57,147 nucleotides of DNA from Dimargaris cristalligena (lineage: Eukaryota), in NCBI GenBank assembly GCA_003614675.1, contig ML002252.1, positions 1 through 57,147 of the forward strand. The letters are read 5' to 3'. Position numbers and translations under genes: made by a program. Under the pieces are notes generated by a model. It was not told the origin of the DNA and did no database searches. It saw only the letters and a list, made by a program, of their open reading frames with translations. Of this stretch, positions 37,409-48,700 are shown in pieces. Position 1 is the first letter of the stretch. Each line of letters opens with the position of its first letter.

Positions 37409-37660
37409 GGTTCAACCAGGCTGTATAACGAAAAATCCGTTGGATGAGGTAAAAATTACTGGTTAAAAATGAATCTCCCGCCTATTTTCTCATACACATC
37501 ATTTAAAACCTTGTACAGCTGGGTCGAATTTCACCCAGTTCAATGTAGTCTAATGTGCCTTTGTGACGTGTTTTCGCAGGCTACAGGGGATGGCAACCCC
37601 CAAGTAAATTACGTAATAATCTTATTCAATGATTACATTCGGTGCTTTGACGATGGTTGA
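37409..37660 (+). pseudogene. Relic copy A of a dispersed unknown coding family, or a TGA-recoded exon
   Basis: GSTRLYNEKSVG*GKNYWLKMNLPPIFSYTSFKTLYSWVEFH...PQVN. The frame is open across 37160-37660 except for TGA 37445-37447. Homologous to 22006-22223 (-) and 20004-20080 (+). Confidence 0.55.
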
Positions 37661-38385
37661 ATCTACCCATATACTTTTTCACTATGGACCCTTTTATCAG
37701 TACCCCCCGTACGGACCAGCGCCGGTTTGATTAATGGGTTGCGGATACCCAGTAGCGGCGGTGGCTTGCGATGGCGAATGGCACCCGCTAGGCCTAGGCT
37801 AAGGAAACATCGGATAATTAGCGCGGTGGCGGGATCAGACAGGAAAGGTAACACCAGTCGGACTCTAGGAATTCGCTTGGTCCGGCGAAGGGTCAAGTCC
37901 CGGTTGCAAGGGGTGGTGGTTGGAATATAGTAGGGCAGAGTGTAATGGAATGGAATGGAATGTACTGTAACGATAAGGGATGGGTGGGTTACCCATGGAG
38001 TGGACTGAATCGGGAAGGGCGGTGCGGTTTCGCTGGCTTGCAGTTGCGGAGACCTATTCTCGTTCCCATCCTGCCAGTCCCTATTATAAATCATTCAACA
38101 ATGGCCAGCAAAAACGAGCCAAGAAGATCGGCCGAGGACAGGAAGGAGGAAGAGAGGTGTGGTGGAGGTGGAGAGGGGTAATCCGAACTTGGCAGTGAAT
38201 GGAAAATGTAAAATGACTGTGGGCTGACAGAGTACGGGGGGGTTCGGTAATCCACTACTACCTCACACTCTAGATTAGCGGAGCGGTCTATTCGCCCGCT
38301 GTCCGCCACTGCTAATCCGCCGAGGGTTAGCAGCACCTCCTCGCCGTCCACCCCTGTCATCAACGCACACCTTTGTGCTTCGTGG

Positions 38386-38425
38386 TTATGATTATGATTA
38401 TGATTATAATTATAATTATAATTAT
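38386..38425. repeat. (TTATGA/TTATAA)n hexamer microsatellite
   Basis: ttatga x3 followed by ttataa x3. Confidence 0.85.
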
Positions 38426-39811
38426 GGTAGCGATGGTGTCAGTTCGCCGGAAGGTGGGCCAATCCGCCTCCAATGTCCCCACGACCCTCTTCCATCGACG
38501 ATGAAACGAAGATGCGTTGGCACTGCCCGCTGCAGCCTCGCAATAGAAGGCGACATAACAAACCGGGGTGGAGAAGTAGGGAAGGCCTGGGGACGTTAAC
38601 AGTGTGGCTGCAGGGTGTGGTTCAAAAATGGGCCAAGTGAATAGGGGTGTGTTGTTCGCGTTTGGGTCAAGTTGTCTTCCGCACATACCCGTGCGATGCT
38701 CAGGCTATATGTATCGCAGTTGTCGCCTTTCTGGGCCCGAATGGCGAGAAGAGGCGGAAAGGTATTATATTATTACTCCGGTTGGTGGGTCCCTTTGTCC
38801 TCCTTCTCATATGCTAAACTCAGTGAGGCCAGCAGCACTACTCTTAGTTATCTATAGTCTCTCATTCGCCCGTTAACCAACCGGCGACTGGAGCGGGGAT
38901 GGCCCAGTAGGGAGTGTGGGAGGCCATGGGGAGACGGGCCAATGGCCAGCCACGGGGAGGCGGGTAACAGTCGCTGCTATTGCTTCTTGGATTTTTTATA
39001 TTTCGTTGATATTCCCTTGTTCATTATCCCAAGTGGAGGGGGGCAATCGATGTGGCACCTTACCTCATATTCGGTTGGCCAGCTCTCTCCCTAAGTTAAG
39101 TTGGTGGATGTATGCGCATACATTCACTGGCATTCGCTAATCGTGCTTGAGAAGGGTCTGTTCAAATCAATCCTCCTATAAAAGCCGCTGGCCTCCTCCA
39201 CCCCTCTCTTGCTCGTTTCTTCATTTTTTTCTAACCTGAAAGGTGATCCCTATTGTTTAGCCGTATCTTACCTTCATTCCCCCTATACCATCCCCCTTAG
39301 TTGGCCGGCATTAGCGGCACACTGCCTTTGCTTAATTTAGCTCTCCCATAGCCAAATTGACCGGTTACACACTTTGTAGTGCCGTGTTTTTACCACCTCC
39401 ATATTTACCGACCGACCGGTTTTTTTTCGCTTATCTCCTCGCTGCTCTTTTTTCGGCATTTTATACTTTAGCGTTGTCATCATCATTTCCCCCCTGTGCA
39501 CAACACACCCTACGCGGCCAATATAAATCCGCCTTGATACCCTTCTCTCAACCACACTTTCTCTATCCCTCTTTATATACCCCCCCTGTAGCCTCGACCT
39601 AGTTTGGCGGCCTCGCTTAGTATTTAGCCAAACCCAGTCTCACCCGTATATATTACGCCCCGCCCTCCTGTTTTACCCCCATAAAACCTCTCCCTCCATT
39701 TTTCTCCTCTATTCAACAAGTATACCTCTCGCGCTCCAGTCGCCGTGTCCCCTGGTCCGCTTCCCTTGTCCTGCATATTTCTATCTATAGTGTTTTCCCC
39801 TGTTTAATAAT

Positions 39812-41524
39812 ATGGCCCTTCCCGGGTGGAACAAGCTCCTCGGCCTTGTCCGGAGGCGCGAGGTGACTCTAGAAGTCTCCGATTCTCTACTCCCTACCGC
39901 CAACTCTTCTACCCCCGTCCCGTCTGAACCCAATAGCTCCGACGAATCCACTCCATTCCTACCCAAGAGGCCCAGTCGGTCCAAGCTAACCAAAGCCCAT
40001 CAGACTAGCGACGCTGAGGTTCGTGGTCGTACCCCTTTCACGTCCTACGACTCCACCGTTACTCTTATTAATTCTCCGTCTTCGAGTTCCCTACTTAGCT
40101 CGTCCTCTAGTCTTTATGAGGAAAGCGAACCAGCCTCATGGGCCGAATACCGGACCGAGGCCAAGATTCTCAGCCGACTGACCCTACCCGTGGTTTTCAC
40201 CTACCTGCTCCAGTCCTCTATTAATATGGCCAGCGTGTTCTCTCTGGGTCACTTGGGTGCCAATGAACTGGCTGCCTCGGCCCTCGCCAGCATGTTCGCC
40301 TCGGTAACCGGGTGGGCGGTCGGTATCGGTCTCGTCACTGCTCTCGATACCCTGTGCAGTCAGTCCTACACGGGGGCCCGGGATGTCTACGCCGTCGGCA
40401 CCTACCTCCAGCGTGGTATCGTAGTGATCACCGCTTGCCATATCCCTATTCTATTGATTTGGTGGAATAGCGAGGCCCTTCTTCTCGCCCTAAACCAGGA
40501 TCCCGTCATTGCCAGCCTGGCCGGCACCTACCTACGCTATTTGATGTTGGGCTGCCTGCCCAACCTTCTATTCGAGTGCGTCAAACGCTACCTCCAGGCC
40601 CAGGGCATCATGCACGCCAGCACCCTCGTCCTGTGCATCGTGGCCCCGCTCAATATGTTGACCAACTACGCCCTGGTCTGGTATGAGCCCATTGCCCTGG
40701 GTTTTGTCGGGGCCCCTCTGGCTACTAGCATCACTTACTGGCTTATGTTTATCCTTTTAGTCCTCTACACCGCCTACGTGGACGGCTACCAGGCCTGGGG
40801 TGGATGGTCCCGCCAGGGCTTCCGTAAGCTGGGCCAGTTCCTGCGACTGGGCCTGCCCGGAGTTCTGATGATCTGCGCCGAGTGGTGGGCCTTTGAGTAC
40901 GTGTCGCTTACCGTGTCCTACTTTGGCAACACTTCGCTGGCCGCCCAGTCCGTCATCATGACCACCACGTCACTCACTTTCCAGATCCCCCAGGGTATCG
41001 GTGTGGTTATTACCACCCGCGTGGGTAACCTGCTCGGTGCCGCTCGGGCTCGGGCTGCGCGTATGTCCAGTGCTCTGGCCATCGTCTTCGCCTTGGCTCT
41101 TGGCTTAACCAACTCTCTTTTTTTCCTGACCGCCGCCGGTTGGTGGGGCCGGGTATTCACCAGCGCCCCCGAAGTCGTGGAAATGGTTGCCAGCCTGATG
41201 AAGGTGGCGGCCCTGTTCCAGGTTTGCGATGGGTTGGCCACCGTAACCGGTGGTATCCTGCGCGGTCAGGGCAAGCAAAAGCTGGGTGCTATGCTCAACA
41301 TCCCCGCATACTACGTGTTGGCTATCCCAGCCGGGCTCTTCCTTGGTTTCCGGATGGAGTACGGCGTCTACGGAATCTGGGCCGGTCTCTGCATTGGTAT
41401 TTTCAGCGTTTGCTTCGGCCAGTTCTATTTCTACCTTCGAACCGACTGGGAAGAAGAGGTGGCCAAGTGCCGCAAGCGGGTCGGCGCTGATGACCACGAG
41501 TATCTGTCAACCACTCATGTCTAA
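39812..41524 (+). CDS. MATE family (multidrug and toxic compound extrusion) transporter
   Basis: Motifs LGHLGANELAASAL, ALDTLCSQSYTG, RYLQAQG, CAEWWAFE, RVGNLLGA and GILRGQGKQ. Many hydrophobic helices. Confidence 0.95.
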   Translation: MALPGWNKLLGLVRRREVTLEVSDSLLPTANSSTPVPSEPNSSDESTPFLPKRPSRSKLTKAHQTSDAEVRGRTPFTSYDSTVTLINSPSSSSLLSSSSSLYEESEPASWAEYRTEAKILSRLTLPVVFTYLLQSSINMASVFSLGHLGANELAASALASMFASVTGWAVGIGLVTALDTLCSQSYTGARDVYAVGTYLQRGIVVITACHIPILLIWWNSEALLLALNQDPVIASLAGTYLRYLMLGCLPNLLFECVKRYLQAQGIMHASTLVLCIVAPLNMLTNYALVWYEPIALGFVGAPLATSITYWLMFILLVLYTAYVDGYQAWGGWSRQGFRKLGQFLRLGLPGVLMICAEWWAFEYVSLTVSYFGNTSLAAQSVIMTTTSLTFQIPQGIGVVITTRVGNLLGAARARAARMSSALAIVFALALGLTNSLFFLTAAGWWGRVFTSAPEVVEMVASLMKVAALFQVCDGLATVTGGILRGQGKQKLGAMLNIPAYYVLAIPAGLFLGFRMEYGVYGIWAGLCIGIFSVCFGQFYFYLRTDWEEEVAKCRKRVGADDHEYLSTTHV

Positions 41525-43546
41525 GCCTACCCATCCCTCTCTTTATCTTCGACTCCGCTTTCACCGAAGCCAATCGCGCCCAGGTAGTGCGTATTATTGG
41601 TATATCGCATGCCACCAACGTTGCCTTTGTCTCTTTTTCCTTCGCCTATTTTGGTATGCTTTTTTGTCCATAAAAGATTACACGGTTATTAGCAACCCCA
41701 TTATCTCGATACCTTCACATTGCATATATAAGGGTGTGTTATTCATCACCACACCCCTCCTCCTTCACCCGTTCTGTTCCCGCCAGGGCCAAAGCGGGCA
41801 TTACCACCGTCCATTATCCCTCCCTTCTTCATTTCGCTCACCCTGCGCCTATTTTTATAATTTCTTTTTATACATATCCGTATTCCTTTATACAAACTGT
41901 TTTATATGTTCATATCCCTACCCTCTTTCATCGCAAAAATTTTTTTAATAGGTGTGGCTGATTTATTGCTTTGGTAATTGACGACCACCACCTTGTCCTG
42001 CAGTGTTTACTGGTAATAAATCAAAAACTGACAGTTTAATGCTAACTTGTGTATTTGGCCCACTACAGTAAGAAGCCCCTATGCTACATCTATTATAGAT
42101 TAAGTGGCTACTTATCCATAGTTAAAGAGGGGGGTGCGAATGCATCTGATTTAGGGGAAATTACTGCAGCCATATCAAATGGTTTAAGACAGGCGTAATA
42201 ATAGGCCATGCTTGATGAGATTTCTGATGTTGGTCTAGGGGAGATGCTGGCGTGCGGGTGGCGTCTTACTATACTTTGATAATCCGCCTGGATGCAATTT
42301 AAAAAGGGAATGCTCACCTGCCAATTCATTAGTTCGGATTAGTCATTATTACACATCAGTGTGATTTATGGTTATCCAATCCACTTGGTTAATAACGCCT
42401 CGAATCTCAGTATCTATCCCTTCACCACTATTCCTTTCCTCAATCGCCGCCAGCTTCAGAAACACCCCGCGGTTGGTCGTTTTCCTAGGCTGAAAACATG
42501 ATCATAAAGGAGCGGCAGTTATAGCCCGCGACCCACGGAGAAATGATTGGTCAAAACCACAATCCTGCGGACTACCATTGAAGATTCACTATTATAGTCC
42601 TATTGGTATGATTTCATTTCAAGGATCAAATATCAAGATAAATAATATATATATATATGTGTGTGTGTGTGGAAAGTGCAGGGCCAAATTCATTATAGAT
42701 ACTATAAGGGTGCCTTGATTTGGGGAGATATGAATGGGGGGGTCATTTAAAAGCAAAATAGCCAGTACTGAATCAATGTATGTAGGGATTGGGGGGGGAG
42801 GTCACAAAACGTACGGAATTAGACTAAATACAGCGGGCATTATTTATTGTCTGGTGCTTGACTGACCAAGACCAATAGAGTAATATTGGTTAGATTTCAC
42901 GAACGTCCAAAGAAAGTGCACTATATATTACCATTATTCGTATGTGTGGGATGACTACTACTGTAGAGTATACAACATATCACTTTTGGTATGGTGTGGG
43001 GATCTCACCAATATACACAAGTATAAATTGACTTACAAAAGCTATAGTGGGATATCGTGGTGGTAATATAACAACTCTATACAAGACAAGAGTATTGTTA
43101 TTGTGGCAAGGGTTACAAATATCATACTAATAGAATTTATGTTTACACCAAAAAATAATGAGAAATAAAAAGGCAAGAGGATCGAACGATAAAGATAAGG
43201 ATAATAAATGGACCATGTGTGGTGTGTGATGAGGGGTATCCCAAACGGAACAATATTATTGATTCAGGCGATACAACCAGCCGAGGAAAACACACCACAA
43301 TAAAACCAAAGTAGGCCGACAACTTCGAGCCAACGTAAAAGAGCTAGGCAACCCACCCCCCTAGGAGCGGCTAGGCCTATATTTATATTGGTATAAATAC
43401 TACGTAAGTGTATAGAGGGGGATGTGTATGGTATGTGTACGTGAATGGACAAGCAGGTAAAACGGCGATGGCGATGGGGACGTGATAGTGATAGCGATAG
43501 AGAGATCCGGGACACCAGTGTGAAGGAGACGGGAAGGGAAGAGCGT

Positions 43547-44413
43547 TTACGTCAGTTCCACCTCCTCTTCGGTCAGCGCCTTCTTCACCCGCAGCAGAAT
43601 GGTAGTTTTCCAGTTATCCAATTTCGTCATTTGGTCGTATTCAAAGACAAAGTGGGTAAAAGCGTCGACATCGTGGTTCCGGGCCGCGTCGGCCAAATGG
43701 ACCAGCAGTTTGCATTCCCGGGTCGACCCGAACGCCACGTCCATTTCCTGGTAACGGTGCAGGGCATTTTGCGTGGCAATGTCGTCGCCCGCCGCCAGCC
43801 GGCAAATCCCGGCCTTGAGCAAGTATTCCTTGACGGACCATTTGGTGAGTTGGTTATCGACACTGGCCGCCGCGATGCGTTCGAAGATTTCCATGGCTTT
43901 GGGGTACTGTTCCAGCTGGGCCGCAAACGCCGCCACCTTGAGGAGACAGTTATTCGTCTGGGCCACCGATTCTTCCCCGCTGTACAGTTCCGCCGCCGCT
44001 TCGTACGCGTCCATGGCCGCCCGGGGGTCCAACAGTTCCGTTTCGTACAGCTGCGCAATATCCTTCTGGTGGTTAGCCGCCGGATAAAACCGGCCTCCCG
44101 CATTGAGGACTTCCACCGCTTTGCGTAACGTTTGGATCGCTTCCTCCGGGTTGCCCTTCTTGTAGCACTTGGACGCCGCGATGTACTGGTTCGCCGCTTC
44201 ATCCTTTTCCCCCGCTACCATGAGCAGTTCCGCCGCCCGGAGGTACGCATGTCCCGCATCGTTCCACTTCTTGCCGAGCTTGAACCCATTGCCCGCCTGA
44301 CGGTATAAATCGGCGGCTTCATCGTACTTGGGCCCGCCGAAACCGAACCAGCCTTTGCTGGTGGCTTTCTTGGCGGCTTGTTCCATTAGACTACGGGCCT
44401 CGGACTCGGACAT
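43547..44413 (-). CDS. SEC17: Alpha-soluble NSF attachment protein (alpha-SNAP)
   Basis: KYDEAADLYRQAGNGFK, LTKWSVKEYLLKAGIC, TRECKLL and LDNWKTTILLRVKK...EEVELT match Sec17/alpha-SNAP. Confidence 0.96.
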   Translation of the reverse strand: MSESEARSLMEQAAKKATSKGWFGFGGPKYDEAADLYRQAGNGFKLGKKWNDAGHAYLRAAELLMVAGEKDEAANQYIAASKCYKKGNPEEAIQTLRKAVEVLNAGGRFYPAANHQKDIAQLYETELLDPRAAMDAYEAAAELYSGEESVAQTNNCLLKVAAFAAQLEQYPKAMEIFERIAAASVDNQLTKWSVKEYLLKAGICRLAAGDDIATQNALHRYQEMDVAFGSTRECKLLVHLADAARNHDVDAFTHFVFEYDQMTKLDNWKTTILLRVKKALTEEEVELT

Positions 44414-45366
44414 GATGCAATACGATACGCTACGCTACGATGGGATACGATGGGAATAGGCGCAGGTGTGGGTGGGGTAAAGGTTGAAAATAAAAAAATA
44501 AAATAGGAGGGAGTATAATAAGAAAGATGGAAAACTGAAAACAGGTTGTAGGGAAGGTGAAAAGAGTCTGGTGAATTGGCCCCCACAATTAAGCGAAAGG
44601 CTTGGGATAAGGTTAAGAGAGTGAATGGGAAGAAAGGAAATAAAGTGAGAGAGAGAGAAGGAAAAGAGAGAAGGTATGTTGGAGAGAAGCACACAATACA
44701 GGCGGTGTGTCTGGTCACTCTCTAAAGCAGAGACGGTGAGCAGGGTGTGTATGTACGATTGTACAAGTGAGGGAGAATAGACAAAGGCGTGTCTTGGGTT
44801 GGAATGCGATGTACCGTAATGGTATAAAGCAGTAGAAAAATATATAAAGGAGCCGGGCAAATGCAATGGAAGGAGGTGGGGGGAACTTTGGTTCTGGCTG
44901 GTTTTTTAGATACACCCCTCCCTCCTCCCCTCTCCCCCTCATATTGGGGTGACTCGGAGGGAAGGGGAGGCGTGGGGGAAAAAGGAGAGGGGGGTTAGGG
45001 GAAGGGGGACGTGGGGGCACGGGCCTGGCCGCTTGCAGCACAGAGATAGGTGGGCTTAGCAGCCAACGGAGGAAATAGCACTCTCTACTCTCTTATGGCT
45101 TATACTCTCTCTCTCTCTCTCCTATTGTAGCCACACATAATGCTAAGTTTGGTCTACCATACTGCGCCAGATGCCCCCACACAAGGGCAAATAAACATTC
45201 ATGTAACAAATTTATCTCTGGGCCTTATTATAATAGGTCAAAAAGGAGAATCCTAACTATAATACTATTATACTCGACAGCCGACTACGTAAGGGCTAGG
45301 CTGGGCGTCGCAGTAAGCCAGTCCCAGTGGATTTATCTGGTGATACCGTTGCCGTGATGGTCATCG

Positions 45367-45703
45367 TGTAACCGGGATGGCCGAGTAGGACCAAGCAACT
45401 GTAAAGAAATAACTATTCCGTCGAGTAGGACGAGGGATCAAAGAACAACTAGATAAGAATTATAAATTGGATAGATATTTATTTGAAAGATAAGGAACAA
45501 AGGGTTGGCCGCTCGGGGCGGTGTATTTTACTCCTCTGGGGTGAGGTATTGCTCTTGTGCTATTAGTGGGGAGGTATCCTCCTCTAACAAGGGGGTCGAG
45601 TTGACCACTGTATAGTTCCTTGGGTTTTCCTCACTTGGATGGGACGCACTGTGGGGGGGATCGGCCTCTCGCCTTTGGGTGGGGGAGGCCTCTCCTGGTT
45701 GCA
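45367..45703 (-). repeat. 3' LTR (337 bp)
   Basis: tgtaaccggg...cctggttgca, identical by eye to 50721-51057. Confidence 0.97.
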
Positions 45704-48700
45704 CAATACTCCAGGGTAATTTCTCATCCTCGGAGGTGGTGGTTTGTGATTCCTGAACTTCTCGGTCCAGCCTTTCCCGGAGGTGCGGGAGTGCGAGGAG
45801 GGTAGGGCTGGAGGACTCACATAGCCTTCGGCGAATTGTCTGCGATGCTTCGGTTTGCGGGGGAGATTGTGAAGCTTGTCTCTTAGAGCCTTGTGTATAC
45901 ACCTCTAAGGGTAGCTGCTCTAGGTCTTCATCTGATAGATACTCTGAGTCCGACTCGGATGTGAACCACTGGTACATCTCTTCTTCAGAGACATCATCTT
46001 CACTACTATATTCCACCCGTGAGTTATCGACTGGGGAGAGTGAACCTGTTAGCAGCATGCTTGTTCCATCTAATTCGATGTCTTGATCTCCCTGGATGTT
46101 ATTGCTCCAGTCTCCAGTGGTTCTGCCGCTCCTATCTTCGATGGTTTCGCTATTCCTGTTCTCAATAGTTTCATTGTTCCTGTCCCTGTGGTTTCTTTCC
46201 TCGGTGGTGCTATTCCCTCCCTCTCCATCACTGGTGGTCCAAACAGTTGGCCCTATTCTAATTGACGTAGCCTCTGTTTCTCCTAATAGAATATCCCCGT
46301 CATCATTACTTACATAATACGGGAGGAGGAGATCACCATGAACATTTCGGGGTCGGGGGTTTCCATCAAGGTCAGTTAATCGGTAGGATAGGCCTGCCCT
46401 CTCTAGGACTCGGAATGGCCCTATCCTTCGCTCTGGCTGGCTAGCTAGATTGGCTGGTTTTGGTAAAACTTTGACTGTGACTAGTTCACCTGGGAGGTAT
46501 TGTTTCCTGGTTACATGTTGGTTGTATCGCTCCATTGCCTGCTTTCGAACTCGGGTGCGCCTCTCCTTGGCCTGGCTAATTGCCCAACGTGCAGCCTCTT
46601 CTGGCCCTGCCTCGGTATCTGGGTGAAGTAATAACTGGGACATATCCACGGTAGATTCAATGCCCTTGAGTGCCATCCATGGTGAGATACCAGTCTGCGG
46701 GTCAGGGATGATTGCATGGGCAGCCGTAATTCGAGGGAGGTATTGGATCCATCCGTCTGTAGTACCATACTGGCTCAAACATTTTCTCAGTGAGTTTTTG
46801 AGTAGCCCCACATACCGTTCGGCCAGTTCCGAGATGGGATGGCTGCGGGATGAGAATATATGTCGAATTCCTTGATCCACTAAGTAGGTTTTTAGGGTGT
46901 CAGCTGTAAACTGCGGCCCATTATCGGTGGTAATTATACGAGGCTTCCCAAAGGTACCTATCCACCCATCACGTAAGCTCTCCACTATATCTGATGCTGT
47001 GGATTGTAGGAGTGGTATTGCCTGGTAAAATCGGCTAGCTGCATCAGCAATAATGAGGAATTGAGTCTCCTCATCTGTGCCAATTTGACCGATATGACCT
47101 ATATCCAAATAGAGATGTTCTCCTGGTTTCCGGTCTCCATAGGTGGTGGACCGAGGGGTGTTGCGAATTGTGGCAATGGCATTAATCTGGCAGACGTGAC
47201 ATGTTTTGGTCAATTGGTCAATAGTCTCCCGTAGAGCAGGGTGTGATAACCGGGATTGGGTAAAGGCTAGAAGTCGCTCTTGGCCTGGGTGACAGAGTTC
47301 CTCATGCCACCGCTTAATGGCCTCCTTCATCATAGGAGTGGGGGCCAGTGGCACCCAGCTACCCATTGTGCCTGGTAGAGTACTGGGGACTAGTTTACAG
47401 AGTAGTCCGCCCTGGATGGACATTCCATCTACCTCGGTAAACAGGGGATCCTCTTTACCAATCTCACTTTCCCTCCTGAGGCATAGGCGATACCATGCTT
47501 CCAACTGGGTGTTACTCCTTTGATCCTCCATGGTGATAGACCATCGCCAGGAGTTTGGGAGGGCAGCCCTAACCATAGATTCACCAGTGAGTCTGGAGGA
47601 ATCTAGGTCTGGCCCGTAATCCTCCTCCTCATCAGAGGTTAAGGAGATGTCTACTGCCTCCCCCTCATCGCTACTAATAGTAAATTCCCCGGGGGTGATT
47701 CCTATAGCAGCAATGGTTATAGCCTTGGGTTTAGTGGGCTTACGTGGTCTCTGGCGTTGGAGGGCGCGTGATAACCAGTCAGCGGTTAAATGTGATTCAC
47801 CTGGCCGATGATAAATCATATGTGAGTGGATCCCCATTTTTGACAGCTCCACCCGGAACCCGGCTAGTTCATCTGCTTGGCAGGTGTCTTTATGGTTGAA
47901 TAGACCCAGTGCCGTAGTGGCATCTACTTCAATTCGGAGGTTAGTAGCACCATCCAAATAAGTGTAAAAGTGACGGACTGCCCGAACCAGTCCCCAGGCC
48001 TCCCGAAATCCAGGATGTCTTCTTCCCTGTTGGCCATCAAAGGCTTTGCTGAAGTAAGCAACTACCCGATCTTCCTGATTATCAGTATGAGCCAGCAGTA
48101 CTGCTCCTACTCCGGCTTCTGCTGCATCTACCCTTAGGGTAAGGGGATCACCGGGCCGTGGCTCATATAGATGTTTGGTATCCAGAAGGGCTTCTTTCAG
48201 TCCTTCCCAGTGAGGCTGGAGTTCGATCAGATGTGTCTTAGATAATCGGTGGAGTCCAGTGAGGGCATAGAAGGGTGCTAGTAATGCCGCAGCCCATGGT
48301 AGGTGGGCAGAGATAGCATTGATGCCACCTGTTAGTCGCTGAATCTCTTTGACAGTCCGTGGCATGGGCAGTTGTTGAAGGTCAGCGATTCGGTGGTCTG
48401 GGATTGTCCAGGTACTCCCCTGGGACCAGCGGTAGCCAAGGATCTCTACATTTTGTGTACCTGCAAACTCACTCTTAGGCATATTAATTGTAAGACCCCA
48501 TGAGGCTAAGCCTCGAATAAGTTTACCAATATCTTGAATGTGTTTCCCAATGTCCCCATCAATACTCTTTAGGTAAATATTATCAATATAACCTAAGAGG
48601 AGGCCATGTAGGTCTGGCATACTGTTAAAGACATGCATAAGAAGTGCGTGGGCGATTGCAGGACTTTGGCTATTACCCTGAACCAAACGGGTAGCCCGAA

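Noticed and set aside
43445-44128. 227-aa plus-strand ORF
   Set aside because: Antisense shadow of SEC17.
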